63,003 bases of DNA, filler included, from Sphacelaria rigidula (GCA_964200075.2; 9 parts of 9 records of this genome joined end to end with filler, not necessarily neighbours in it), one strand, 5' to 3'. Positions 16,422 through 30,051 are shown, numbered from the whole stretch's first letter. Program-made: numbers and translations. Notes: generated by a model from the letters alone, not told the origin.

Positions 16422-18699
16422 GGAGGTCTCAAATTTCGGCAATCGCCCAAGGCTCACTTTTATCTAGATATATATGTTGTTGTCGCTGTTAGATATATCA
16501 TTACAGATAGTGCTGATGTCGTGGTTTGCTTGCCCTCGCCGGAAAAATAGAGGACAGTTGCTACCTGCCCGTGTATGGCGTTCATAGCGTGGTAAACATC
16601 TTTCTCACAACCTCTCTGTGACACGGGGGGGCAATCGCAAGCCTGGGCGTGATCGACCGGCTCTCTCGGGATGCTGCAGCAGCACACATGGGTGAAAATA
16701 TCGACGGTAGAAAGCCCCGTCCATCCATAGACTTCAGCATGCTTGCTTTCTGTGAGTTGCATGCGCAGATACACCCAGTTGAACCACCAGCTATACACTT
16801 TTCAGACGGTGCTCGTAGCGTACACTCGTAGCAGCACTGCAGGCAAGGAAGTAGCTGCTGGATTGATTCTGCTCTTCACTTCGAAAGTGCGTGTGTCTGC
16901 AAACGACGACCACCGTGCTTGACTCCAACAGCTCCAAGACCGCTGCCGGGGCACACACCGTCTAAGGAGATAGATATCGCCAACCCGCGATGCTTTTTAC
17001 TCTACGGCATAGCCCAGGGTGTCACTAGCAAGGTTCTGGATGATTCTCGCATGCTTGCGAGCGCCACGGCGTGTGCCAAGGGGACCTTTGCGGAGTATTT
17101 CGCTGCGGTCCGAAATATTCGGCGTTCGCCAAACGTGAAGGGTTGACAAAAAACATCTAGCCGCTTCATTTTCGGAGAACGCCAAGCGCCAGGCGCGAAA
17201 ATGACAAATCTCTTGGCGATCTCCGAAAAAATTGTGTCGATAATGACGGACCCCAGCAGGAGTTTCCCCCGCCAATAGTCCCCACTTCGACGGCGTTGCA
17301 GAGCGCAATTCATGAATCATTGAAGCGACGGCAATGGCGGCAAGGATGCAGGCGAAGATATTGTTTGGTCATGTTCAGCTGCCGAATACCGAAAAGCTGT
17401 GGGCTGAGGCAACGCATTGGGCGTGTGAACAGCTCAAGTGCACTGCTTCGACCTTCAGCCCGGACAACAAATCACCAAACGAAATGTGGTTCGGTGCGGC
17501 TATGCCAGCCAATCCACATCCCTTTCTCAAGCCGGCCTACTGCCGATGGAAGCGGCCATCCAAGCTTCTGCCTAAGGCGGAGAGTTGCTTCTCTCTCGGG
17601 CCTTCGCGCGAGCATCCGCCCGACCCTTACCGTGCGCTGACGTGGGGAGGGCAGATTGTTGAGACCCGAGACGTCACGTGGGAAGCATTTCCGCCGTCTC
17701 TCCCGCCCCCGCAATCACTGACAACAGCGGAATTGGGAGAGGGGGATGAAGCCTGCGACGATGAGTCGGCGGAAGAGTGGCCGCTGACAGGAAGAGGGAT
17801 TCCCACGTGCAGCTACCGGCCCAGAGGGTGGAGGACAGTCAACAACCAGCAGAGGCGGCGGGATATCCACAGCCTCTGGATGCTCCATCAGCATCAGTAT
17901 CAGCATCCAGCGGCGAGTCGTCGTTAACGTCGCCCTCGCCACCTCTCGACGACCGATCAGCATCTGCGTCATCATCATCTCCCAGCAGCACATCATCAGC
18001 GCCTGCATTGTCCTCCAGCAACACCAGCGACGGCATGCCTAATCGAGAAGATGTACCAGCGAAAACACGCAACGCGCTGAGACAGCTCGAGGCGTACAAC
18101 GTGGGTCCACATGACGACCAAGAACGCAGTGAGGGCAGGACGCGAGCACAAAGTCGGGTGCTGAACCAGCAACAAGCGATCGGTTTGCTAACTTTGCTGG
18201 GGCCCATCAATGGGGACCAAACCTTGCGCGCGCTGATTGCTGAGCAGAGAACATTGAAGAAGAAGCCGAACGAGATACCTGCCGTACATGCCAAAGCGCT
18301 AGAGCCCACAACGATTGCCGAAGCCCGCGCCTCTGCATAACATGCTGATCTTTGGGGGGGGAGTATGAATTTAGAGCTCGAGGGGTTGCCTGCTACAGGG
18401 ACGTTTACCTTAGTAGGATCGGCTCCGGAAGGGAGTAACATAGTGAACGCGAAATGGATTTTAAGGTGGACAACTGATGTCCACGGCGAAATCTTGAAGG
18501 CAAAGGCGAGGCTTGTGACAAAAGGTTTTAGCCAACGGCACGAGATTGATTTCCTTGAGGTGTTTTCACCTACTGCGAATGCTGCAACAATTCGTCTCCT
18601 CGTAGCGTTGGCAAACGTGTATTGATGGGATCTCAGCCATTTCGACATACAGCAGCAGGCGTTCACTCACTCGGGTTTGGACTATGATATATATATATA

Positions 18700-18996
18700 A
18701 CAACGTTTTCGTGAGATTGAGAGTAGAGGATACGATCGAGAGTGAAAATCAGTCAATTAGGGAATGAATCGTCTCACTTCCGAGATGGCCCTCCACGAGG
18801 CCCGATATGCTTTCTGTAGTAGCTTGCCACTGAGGCCCTGGATATCCCCGAGTAGGATATCGACGTGTAGCTGTAAGCACACGCCAGTGATGAAGCCATA
18901 GAATATTACACACGCAATGAAAAATGGCTATGTTCAGGCGAATGATCAAAGCCATTCTCATTCAGCGCTCAACTGTCAATCTCACTAAAACGATGT
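18700..18996. mobile_element. Tc1/mariner-like MITE (TA TSD) interrupting the Copia RT
   Basis: TIR ACAACGTTTTCGTGAGATTGA / TCAATCTCACTAAAACGATGT flanked by TA; sits between RT motifs DYDIY and MSLLRGCG. Confidence 0.75.
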
Positions 18997-21452
18997 TATA
19001 TGAGTCTTCTCCGAGGTTGCGGATCAATATCAGGAAAAAATGTCCGCCTCAATTGATCCGTTTATGGACTTCAACAGAGTGCCAGACAAGTTCTACAAAC
19101 TGTTGGTGTCGAGACTTGTGAAAATTGGTTTCGAGCAGTATCTGTCGGGTCCATGGATATTGCGATTGCTAGTGGATGGTGACTTGGTAGGAGCAGTAAT
19201 TTTGCATGTAGATGATATCGTCTTTGGAGGGGCAAGTAGTGTGGGTAAGGTAGAAGTGGAAGCACTTGATGACACACTGCCAACTAAGCATCTAGGCAAT
19301 CGCACGTGGTGCATGAGAGTAGAGTACAAACGTGACAAGAAGAACAGGGTTCTCGAGTTGTCACAAACAAGTTATATTAGAAGCGTACTTGAACGTTTTG
19401 ATCTTTGCCGCTCCAGCTCTCTTTCCGCTTCTACTTCAATGAATCTCAGGTCCGTGAATGGTGACAAAGATGTCAAGGATGTGCCGCTTCGCGAAATGGT
19501 GGGGTGTGTGATGTGAATGGCCAATCAAACCACGCCTGACATCTCCAACACAGTGAGGGCCGTGGCGCGACACTCGCACGATCCGTAGAAACCCAATGGA
19601 AGGCAGTAGTACAAACGATTTTCGATTCCCCGCATTTAACAGCGGACCTAGGGCTCACATATCGTGCAGGACCTGGTGTAGACATAGAAACAACGATGTA
19701 TGACTGCTGCTGAGATAGCCCCCCCCGAACCATGCTCCGTCTCGCAAGGGATGCGTGGTCAATGGTCAAACGACTAAGGCAAGCAGAGTCGTGCTACGAT
19801 AGGGTTGCACGTTTTCGGCTAAAATGTTCACCTAGTAGCCAAAATCGAGGTTGCAGGCGAGGAGGGTGAGCTCGTTTGGAAAGGTGTGCTTGCAAGGCGA
19901 TGGGCTCCCGGTAGGCACGACTAGTGTTTCGTTGGCATTTCTGGGGCACTTCACCCTTGGTGAAGGTCATGATGTTCGTTTTTGTGGGATTTCACGTGTA
20001 TTAATCAAGCGGTGATCCTACTCCACGCACCATAAACTCCTTGACACACATCCTACTCCACACCCCGAACTTCGAACCGGCATCAGCACCGCGGAGACTT
20101 GCCGACGTCGACAACCTGGTTTTGACCTTGTATTTCTCGACGTATCCTTCGTCTACTATCCACTTGATCTCCGCAGCGAGAAGAAGGTTGAATCCCCCCC
20201 CCCAATGCAGTTCGTGTCTGTGACGTTTCGACTTGCGGTAAATTTGAACCGAGGTGACACTGGCTCTAAACGTTTTCTTGACCCTCCATAGTATCGCACC
20301 CTAGGACAAATACGGTCCCGTGAACTTTTTTTCGACTTCTGTTCCGATATTGAAAAGCTTGGGTCGTACTGGGCACCAGCGGATATCCTCCTTGGAAAGC
20401 GGTTCTGCTTCAAAGTCGCTGAAAGCCCTTCGGCTGATGTTCTCCACCTCTACTGCACCCGTTTGAAACTGAGCGAGGATGCACAAATACAGAAGAAAAA
20501 GCGTCCGTGTTTGCTGACTAAGCAGAAGTAGAATAATCTCCCCTCCTTCCAACTTCACGCTCCCTCCCTGTTGTTCTGAAAGGGGATGAGCAAGCGTGTA
20601 TTCCCATGTCGATACTCCTACACCAATACTGTACATGACATTAGCTGCACATATGGGCTCGCTGGGGACCTGCTACATGTATGACGGGCAGGAGATCGAC
20701 GATTAGGACGAGATGTACATATGAAGACATTTACTAGAGCGAGATATCATCGCCTGCCCATTGCGGGAGGTGTTAGCGTCCCGCAGTCATGGATGGGGTA
20801 GAGAATATGTTTTCCCGAGTCTAGTATGAACAACGATGCGATCATCTATTTTGTCGAGCAATTGCCATGGTTAGGCATAAACTCCTATGCGACGCCTGTG
20901 TGGCACATGTTGTCTCACCGCCTCTTCCATCTGTCANNNNNNNNNNNNNNNNNNNNNNNNNNNNNNNNNNNNNNNNNNNNTTAATTAATTAANNNNNNNN
21001 NNNNNNNNNNNNNNNNNNNNNNNNNNNNNNNNNNNNCGCTATACTGCCGCCGTAATTTCCTTGGGTCCGGGTTTGTTGTGGGGGGGGGGGGGGGTTCGAT
21101 TCCACGAAAAAAAGCGCTCATTGGTGTGTTGGATAACCGAACACACTCGCGGTGCGCTTGTATTTGGGTAAAAACGGTATCAAGCAGTATTAATGAGCGT
21201 TATCTATCGGTAACAAGCGAGTTCGAATAACCGTTGCTGCTTTGAACGACGATTTGAAGTGGAATTTCGTGGAAGAAATGGCCCAAAATACCTCTCCCCT
21301 TATCGTAGTGTGAATCATCCATAGCTCCACTCCTGACGCAGAATTCGAATCTTTCGGTTGCTTCACCAAGTGTTGAACGTTTTCGTCGGCGGAATTTGGC
21401 TCGGAGGTCATGCCTGGATGTGCTCTCAATCATGTGTCTCATCGATTTGCAG

Positions 21453-24400
21453 GGAATTGGATGGGGCGAGACGGCGCAAATGGGTCCGCACTCGCGCGCC
21501 GAAACCTCTTCCACTGGATGACCCATTCCGCAAGCTATACGTGACGTGGGAAGTTACGGCTACTCCGCATGGGCGCTTGGAGGTAACAGTGACTATGCTA
21601 GGTTATCATGAATGGACCTACCTCCCTGGCGGTCGGGAGGAAGGGCAGGCTGGGGAGGGGGGGAGAGGGGGAGCAGGCTGACATTTTGCCGCTAAAATGT
21701 TGAGTCAACGGGGGTGCACAAAGAAGCGCCCAACCTTCCGGGGCTCCTTGACTATGGCACACCCACGCATTGCTATTGATCGATCCTCCCTCCTGATGTG
21801 GGAGACCATTCAGAGATATTTCCAGATCATCGTCATAGGATGTTCGCAGCCCACGGCCGCCCTGCCCCCGTCATGTTTTTCGCTTGTCTGGATTTGTCAG
21901 GTAACACTCCGCTCCACCGTACAGGTTGTAAATAGGACAGATCTCTCGCTGGAACTGAGAGCCCTTTGCTCTGCCTGGCCTGTCGAGCCGTCGGACACAC
22001 TCGACGTCGACCCTGGTACGTGCGACAGTCATTGCGCACACATGGACGTTGGGGTCCGAGGTTTGACAGAATTTCTAGCAGTGCCATCGTATTGTCTGGG
22101 GATCCTTTTGCAGCCCGATGCCACAGTGACATGGAGAGGCGATTTCCGATCACGTCGTTGGAGAGGAGGGGGGGGAGGGGGGGGGGGGAGGGTTCGTGTA
22201 AGCTATACTCGTCTTACTTGATGCTTCCATATTCCCCCATGTACCTGCCGCGCCCTTCTTTTTCCGAACGTGCACGCCGTTCTATCTTCTTAAATGTGTT
22301 GAAAACTTCAGATACCGGGGGACTAGGCACTCTGCCAATGGGATCCGTCGCTCCCGGCTCCACCTTGGATGTTCCCGTCAAACTGGCGTATGCTCGCAAG
22401 TTTCAAGTACGACCATTGCCGGACACTCCAACAGGTGCCGCTTCGTCGATTGCTGTCCATATCGTGTTCGCTGAATGTCCCTGCCCAACACGCGTTTCAG
22501 CGGAGATGCATTTCAGGAGTTCCCGCAGTGGGGGTTCATGTTTCCTTCCGGAAATGGGCGGGCGGTTGACAAAGAGTCAAGTCTCCGTAGACACTTCGAC
22601 GCAAAGCTGTTTTTCACGATGGATTCGGTGATTGAAGATATATTTCTGTTGAAGTCGTGCATTTATAGTTTACAGCCGCCAAGTCAGTTGTGAAGCCCGC
22701 GGAACGTCTCTCCACGGATCTCGCACGTGTCATGTCTCGTTCACTCGTACCTGTCCTTGACACAGTCTCGCGTGCCTGCACACCCACCACCCCGCTTTCA
22801 GGCGACAGTGGAATATCGAAGACGGAGTTTTCATGGAGCGAATGCGTGCCTCTTCTGGCAAAACACGTCGCCAACTCGAGCGACGACTGGATCTCGTGCG
22901 CCGTCCGGGACGCCCGTGACCACCGGGGACCCGTCCGGCTGGTGCTGCACGCAGAGAAAACCAAGAAACAGTGCGTGGTGATTACGGTGCTACCGACGGT
23001 CACGGTGGTCAACTGCCTGCCGTGTCCCCTCAGTATCCAAGCGGTGTTGCCGCGGCAACAGGCGGGGCGCCGACGCCGGAGGTTACGATCACACTCTCAA
23101 ATCGGGGACTGGTCCGACGTATTGGAGTCCGGTGTCGTGCCGACGGCACAAGCAACCAACCTGCACACGCTTGAAGTCGGCGACGGAGCAAGGCTATCCC
23201 TCAGGATCGCGTACCATGAGTGGAGTCCACCTAGTACAACCCGCGCGGTGCTGCCCTCTGGGGAGGAGGAACTACGCGAGGGAACATGGGCACGACAACA
23301 GTATATGTTCGAACTGCCCACGGTTAGCGGTGACGGCGGGTTTCTGGAGCTTCAATGTCAGTTCGAGCCGTACGTCAGCGTAGCCTGCCCAGCGGTGCGC
23401 CTGTACGTGTACTGCACTCACTGGCTGATGGATCGGTCGGGTTTGTCGCTTGGATTCGGGGATGGAGACAAGCACTGGCTATCCGTACCTCGAGAGAAAC
23501 TATCGACTGTCCCGACGGGAGCATCCTCTTGTTCCGGTGGGGCAGCAGGTACGTCATCGCGTCGTAAGATCTCGTCTCGGGGAGATCTTGAGGAATCGTG
23601 GGCTCTCGGCACCGAGGGCCTCGCTTTATGCAACGCAAAGGATGACGAAATTCGGGTAGCGGTGCCGAAGGGCTGGGGTGGCGGTGGCAGCGGTGACGGT
23701 GCTGCCACCAGCGGCAGCGGCATTGGAGACTATGGTGATCACTACCACGCGGGGTATAAATCAAACGTGTGGTCTGATGTGCTGACCGTTACCAACGGCT
23801 CCTCCGGAGTATTTCAGGTAAAAGGCACGCGTGGTGAGATATATGAACTGGCGCTGAAGGCGAAAGCTTGCCCCGGAACGTTCCGACGCACCACGCAGGT
23901 CACTGTGATCCCTCGATACTGCATCCTCAACCTGCTCGAAGACGAGAATATCTGGCTCAAGCAGCCCGGAGCATCGGACTCGAGCGCAATTTCAATACCC
24001 CCCGGTGGCAGAGTACCGTGGCACTGGATGGCCAACGGTGGCAGGAGTAGTTGTGGTGGGGTGAGGGTCCGCACGAAGGACACGGCGTGGAGCTACGGAG
24101 ACGTGATGATCGATCAAGTCGGCACGACAGCGTTACACATCCCGTTCTTCGGCGAAAAGGAGGACGTGGGGTGGGAGAGCAGGGGGTATGCGGATGGTTC
24201 CAACATGAATATGCACGAGGCCGTCGAAGGAGGAACAAGAGACAGCGGCGACAGTAGCGTAAGTGGAGGTGAGGGTGGTGGGGATAGGCGCGGGGAGGCG
24301 GCATGGTCTAGAGGCCAAACGCTCGACAAGCTCAACGAACAGCAGATCGTCGTGCACGTCGACGTCAAGCTCGCCGACGATGCCGGCAAGGACGAGTACG

Positions 24401-26281
24401 CGGTTCTAGTAGCATTCTGGAAGGCAAACGAGAGTTTCGCGCCCATCTATTCGGTGGAGAACATGAGCCCCGTGCACCTACGGCTTTGCCAAGCAGCCAG
24501 GAATTCCCACAACCGGAAGAACCTCGCTACGAAGGCCGTGTGGAAAATGAGACCCGGGGATCGTCGACAGATTGGCTGGGTGTATCCATTCGGCGCCCGT
24601 GTTTTACTCCTGGCTGCCGGAACCGCCCCCAAAGCAGTCGAGCTCAACTTGGATACGATCGGAAACTACGCCAAGATTCCCACGGGAATGACGCCGTATG
24701 GTGATGATTTGAGCGATGAGATGGGACCTGCCGCTGTTTGGGCAAGTGTCATCGTCATGGGTGGGACGAAGATTATCCGGGTCAGCTCGCGGCCACCAAT
24801 TCGCGAAGGCGGCAGCGGCGGTATATCACAGCAACGTGAGGAACAGCAGCAGCATCAGCAGCACGAAGAGGAAGGGGAGCAGGAGCAGCAGCATGAGCAG
24901 CAGGCTCAGCATAAGCAGCAGACGCAGCACAAGCAGCAGACGCAGTCCTCGGCAAATGTGCAACAGGAAGTTGCGGTGACACTGAAAACAAATTGTACCC
25001 TACCCACCACCGATGTATCCGTGGATATGGTCGGGTTTGGATTAAGCGTTGTCGGATCGATCTCCGGCCGTCGTCGAGAGGTTCTCTACGCGCAGGTGCG
25101 ACTTACAACCAGGCGTCGAGCTACATGTACGCTGTAGGGGCGCAGTTCTGAGGGGCGGCAGAGAGCGAGACACATTCTGAAGTTTACTTTGAAAAAACGT
25201 TGGAGAGGTCGATCAATACCGCTAGAGAGATCTAATCGGTTGGAGGTCGTGATGTAACCCTTGTTTGTCATTTACTTCCTACACGGGGAACACTTTGATG
25301 TGAAGACTTGACAAGAAACGGAAAGTTCGTTATGCCGTAGGCGTACCGGGGCGTGCTCTGCGGGAGGAATGTGGCGCGGGGGTTCTTGATGTGGTGCTAT
25401 TGCCGTCCTGACTCTGAGTTCTTCTACGGTCACGATCTTCGGCATTCTGGTGCTGTCAACCCTAGTTTCGGGAGCAACTCCCTTTCATACGCCACGGACG
25501 CCCAAAGCCCGTGTGGGTACCAACCTGTTCCACGTCTGGTTGCTCGAACATATTCGTTCACGATTATGTACGCGTCAAATCTGTACCCATCATTGCACAA
25601 AGAAATAAATATGTATGCTTCTGACGCGTATCATTAGCAACAGCACATACCGTTCTTGTCTACTGTAGTAGTACTCACTCCTGATCCATGCCCCCCATGC
25701 TCTGGCGTCTTTGCTGCTATTTTTTCCGGAGGCAACACCCCACGCTCCCGCGGCCACCCCCCGTTGAATGTTCTCTCCGCTGTTCGAATGGACATTACGT
25801 TCCCACCCCCCCTGGATCGATGGTCAGCTTTCTAACATTCAGGTCAAATGGCTGCGAGACAGACTGTCGTCCCTCCAAGTTTCCGTCGACTCAGTACAGG
25901 TGAAGCATATGAAAGGCATGCTCTGTTTGATGCGAGGTGGTGCATGCATATCGTGCAGTAGGGTATAGTGCTACGAGTGGTTGAATATCCAAAACAGCCA
26001 TGTTTGCCATGTTCCTACCGCAGTTCCACACGGTAAGCTAGTGGGTATGCCTTGATTTCGAACCTGCGAACGCCCCTCGCGCACCACATTTACGCGCAGG
26101 TGGACAACCATATCCCGGGCAGATTGCACCCGGTTCTCGTGAGCGGCAGATCTCACGAAGAGGATAAGAGGGGCGAGAACGGGGACAAGGACGAACCTGC
26201 CACACCGTTTCTAGAGCTTTCGGTCATCGTGGAGAGAAACCGGTCTACAAACACAAAGCACTTTCACTACGTCGCGCTTCG
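21453..26281 (+). CDS. VPS13: VPS13-family lipid transfer protein, internal part (VAB/SHR-BD repeats and start of the C-terminal region); partial at both ends, 6 exons
   Basis: Exons 21453-21582, 21901-22015, 22312-22434, 22802-25095, 25828-25899, 26100-26281, GT-AG with consistent phases. VAB-type repeat motifs VTLRSTVQVVNRT, ITVLPTVTVVNCLPCPL, VYCTHWLMDRSGLSL, TTQVTVIPRYCILN, IYSVENMS; then GFGLSVV...REVLYAQLSNI...VDSVQVDNHIP...PFLELSV. Confidence 0.9.
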
Positions 26282-26829
26282 GTAAGGCGCGCGTCTGTTT
26301 GCGCTTTTCTTGCGAGTATACTGTTATGGGTGGGACTGGGGCCCGATTTGGGGTACTGTATTTCGGGAAAATGGATCACGAACGCTAAATGCGTAAGAAC
26401 TGGACCGTAATCAGACGAATCATATCAATCAAAAATACATGCGTCACCTAGAAACAACGACCTGGCTCATATGAAATGTGCTATGAACATGGTACATATC
26501 TTCAAGCCTGTGAGTGCTCGGTGTTGAGATGATTTTGTTCCTCCGCATAACTCGCTCCAGATCAGCGGGTGCAAACTTTTCGTGCACTAGTGTTCAGCTG
26601 CTGTACTACTCGGGAAGCGCACGCGCCCGAGCTACCACCCCACGTTTACCACCATTGCGAATATAACAAGACAAGAAGACGAACAGCGGTAATTGTGGTC
26701 GCCAAGCACCAACGCATCTGCAGTGAAAGGCGTGCCTGACATTGTGCTAGAACGAGAGAGTACGGAAATTTGGATACCATGAGTAGCAGCGTCGCGCATC
26801 CCTTGGGTTCTCCCTCGAAAACGTCTGTC

Positions 26830-27710
26830 ACAAGACGGCCGTGTTCCACCGGTGAACTCGTCCCCTACAAGCCAAGTGGTGAAGGGGCATTCGCTCATGA
26901 TAAGTGAGGTTGTCCTTTGTACACATCCCCACAGAACACAGCAGCACATGGCGGACCGCCACCAAGGCAACTGTCGTGACATTGGTGCCCAAAAATAGCA
27001 TCTGGTCGATGATGCAAGTTGGTGTAAATCGCATGGTTTACATATGATTTTCAGTATGCACAGGCAGTCAGTTGAAATATGGTGGCTCTGCTGACCTGTT
27101 CATATATAGTCAGTGTGTAGTCGAAAATAAAAATCGCTCTTGGCGCCCTGGTTTCTCCGCTGGGACCCTCAGATCCAACAGCCGAAGTTCATGTGTCACG
27201 TCGCCCTCTGCGACTGAATACATGAAGAGTACTCGCTGTTGAAAGGCTAATTTGCTCATTGTGCACAGCCGTACAGAACAAAGCAGCACCTGGCAGCACG
27301 CCACAAAGTGAAACACCGTCACACACTGCTCGCTGCGAGAAAAAAATATGCAGCCCAAGACGAAGCTGTCGACCGTCGCATAGTTTGCATCTCACTCTTA
27401 TATTAGTATATATAAACAGACAATTACGAAGTACATGATCACAACAGTCGCTAGCAGATGTAAGGCAGTGCAAGTACTACAATCGCTACAGACGTCTCGG
27501 CTTCTGCACTCGAGCTCTGACACGAAGCAGCCGCTAGCTTTGTCTTTCTTCTATGAACTCCCCCTCTGAAATTCGACACTTGAAGGGATACTCACTGTTG
27601 AAAGGCGAAATTGCCTGTTGTGCACAACCGCACAGAACTAAGCAGCAGCGCCTGCCGACACGCAACCAAACTGCATATCGTGACAACTTGCGGCGAGAAA
27701 AAACAACATG
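26830..27710. repeat. Degenerate ~350-bp tandem repeat (about 3 units) in VPS13 intron
   Basis: Motif TTGT(G/A)CACA..C..ACAGAAC...GCAGCA recurs at ~26917, ~27259, ~27619 with similar flanks. Confidence 0.55.
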
Positions 27711-29515
27711 CGCACCGATTCTTTTGAAATTTGCGATGTTGGACCTCTATTATCATAGCGCTAGACACTAATCCTCAACCCAAACGTACCGATCGCGCAA
27801 CGCGTAGAACTCGGTGACGAAGAAGAGGATTGGACTACCGTTTCTTGCGTGCGCTTCCCACACACCCAAGCTGTTGTGTTGTGTTGTCGTCCCATTTATT
27901 CTGGACGCCAGTCTACCCTTTTCGGGATATGTGGGCGCATCAGCCGGGNNNNNNNNNNNNNNNNNNNNNNNNNNNNNNNNNNNNNNNNNNNNTTAATTAA
28001 TTAANNNNNNNNNNNNNNNNNNNNNNNNNNNNNNNNNNNNNNNNNNNNCCCCCCCCCGCCTTCAAAAACTCGAATTTTCGATTTTGGGGCCGACGTGTCC
28101 CGAAATGTATTTTTGACAGACCCTTGCTCAAACTCGAGATTTCTCATACATTTTTAGGTAATTTACGTTCAAATAAGTAAGGAACTCCGACTATGAGAAA
28201 CCTCGAATTACCGCCCTTTGTTCCAACATTCTACTCGCGCTCTTGATTCGGACGGTACGACTCGTGTCAAAGTATTACCCCGAAATTGATGCTTACGGGA
28301 TGATTGTTGCACATGTATTTCACCGTCACACATACGGTACGACTCTTCTAACGCATTTTCAAAATGCTTTATTCGGACGGAATGGCGATCTTAGACGGTT
28401 TTTCTTCTTCCGCTCACTCGTGATATACATGTACAAGGACACGTACGCTTCCCGCCTGTAATTCATGCAGCTGCCTCTTACTTACTCTTGGTCAGTAAAT
28501 TCGAGTGTGCCGGGAGTAAATCCTTGTGTATGTGTACTAGCAGTAGTTTACCAACTGGGTCAGATAGAGTGCATAACGGATTTACTGTGCAAGTGGAGAT
28601 CGGGCCAATCACGTGGTCGAGCCTATTTAAGGACATATGTACCGCGTATTATGGCACGAGACGCCCACAGCGCCTCACTGCGCTTTGGATTTGGAGATCG
28701 TAAGCAGCTTCCTTTGGGGTGCCTGCAAGGGTCTGTCGAGAGAAGATTTTCGGACTCCCCCCTCCCGGAGAGAATTTTTTCGAAAATTGTCATAATTTTT
28801 TACATTTTATTGTGATTTTTTTGTGATTTTTTTTATTATTATTTCTTGTTAAAATTGTTGAAAAAAATTGATCAACACTGATAAAAACCGAAAAGTCTGG
28901 CAGGCTTTGCGAGGTTTGTATATTTGCTTCTGCTCCTTGCCCACTCTGTCCCGATGACCGCGGATGCCGGCAACGCTCACACACATCTATGTGCAATACA
29001 CGAGCGCACGGTAGCGACAGCCTGTAGCCAAAGTAGCAACATTATCTCACACCTCGCCAAATTTGCCCGGACTACTAGTAGTGGTAGGTATAGTCGAGGC
29101 ACACGACGCGGAACATGGTCCCATCAATGTAATTATTATGGCGGGTGATGAGCTTGGAGGGGCGGTGTGTCCGTCATCTCAGCGGTCTCCAAGCCAAGAA
29201 TCTCTGTACTCTGTACACGGCAGCTGACCGCATCCACCAACGCCTCCGCAATAAACGAGGGGAGAGCAGGCTGGGCGTCCCCCCCTCTGTCAAAAACTCG
29301 AATTTTCGATGTTGGTCCCTAGATATATTTCTGACATACCCTCTGTGCATGGTGTGTATGAATGGTGGGTCAAAATATTGAGTGAGGGTAAAATACAAAA
29401 AGTGAAAATACTATCCCCTCTGTGGAGCCTCCTTTGAGATCTCGTTAGTGTACGGAGCTCTCAATTACGGACAAAGTCCACACCTCTGAACGACCACATA
29501 CCCACAGACAGCCTT

Positions 29516-30051
29516 GAGCAGTGCTACGATAGGGGTTGCACTTTTTGTTTCTGGGTCTCGTTTTTGTACAGTGTACGAGCCCAAATATATGGGGCTTACT
29601 GTGCAACACAAATCTCCGGGGACAGGATATGAGGATGCGCACAGGGGCCTTTTTGTGAATCGGCATCATTTTCATTCTTTTTCAAGTGAAAACGATGCCG
29701 ATTCACAAAATGATCCGTGTAAGGCCGTATATTGCACAGTCTGTAGGCATTTGCAGGAGAAAATACCTACAGACTGTGCAATATATGTTTTTCTCGTATT
29801 TTTGTCCAGGAGCCGCTCTTGAAATATCTGACCCAGGCGAATCGGAAAAGTGGGCTAGGCTCCTCTCGGTGGGGTGATACACAGTGTCCACGACGTGTGG
29901 TGGCGATTTTCCCTGTTTGAGGGTCAAAAACCTCGTCAAATGTCCTAAAAGTGGGAAATACGAGCCAAACAAAATACGAACCGGAAGAAACGGCCTAACA
30001 CCACTAGAAACATTTTCGCTCGAAAAGTGCAACCCCACCGTAGCATCACTC
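29516..30051. mobile_element. Sola2-like MITE (TSD CCTT) carrying a nested insertion
   Basis: GAGCAGTGCTACGATAGGGGTTGCAC / GTGCAACCCCACCGTAGCATCACTC; CCTT at 29512-29515 and 30052-30055; colinear with 44313-44571 apart from the insert. Confidence 0.85.
29723..29995. mobile_element. PIF/Harbinger-like MITE (GGCCGT...ACGGCC, TAA TSD) nested in the Sola2-like element
   Basis: TAA at 29720-29722 and 29996-29998; absent from the 44313 copy; internal part recurs at 35065-35190. Confidence 0.75.

Larger units (their letters stand above)
15180..19715 (+). mobile_element. Degenerate Ty1/Copia LTR retrotransposon (gag, integrase, RT remnants; many stops and frameshifts; LTRs not identified)
   Basis: gag-like KFDGTASEFPSWKEHF (~16000); integrase C-part SPHFDGVAER...LWAEATHWA...KSPNEMWFG...VETRDVTW (17270-17690); RT EPTTIAEA...KAKARLVTKGFSQRHEIDFLEVFSPT...HVDDIVFGG...LSQTSYIRSVLERF (18300-19700). 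Integrase precedes RT, as in Copia. Confidence 0.92.

Noticed and set aside
17839..18666. 275-aa minus-strand ORF as a gene
   Set aside because: It is the antisense shadow of the Copia pol frame.
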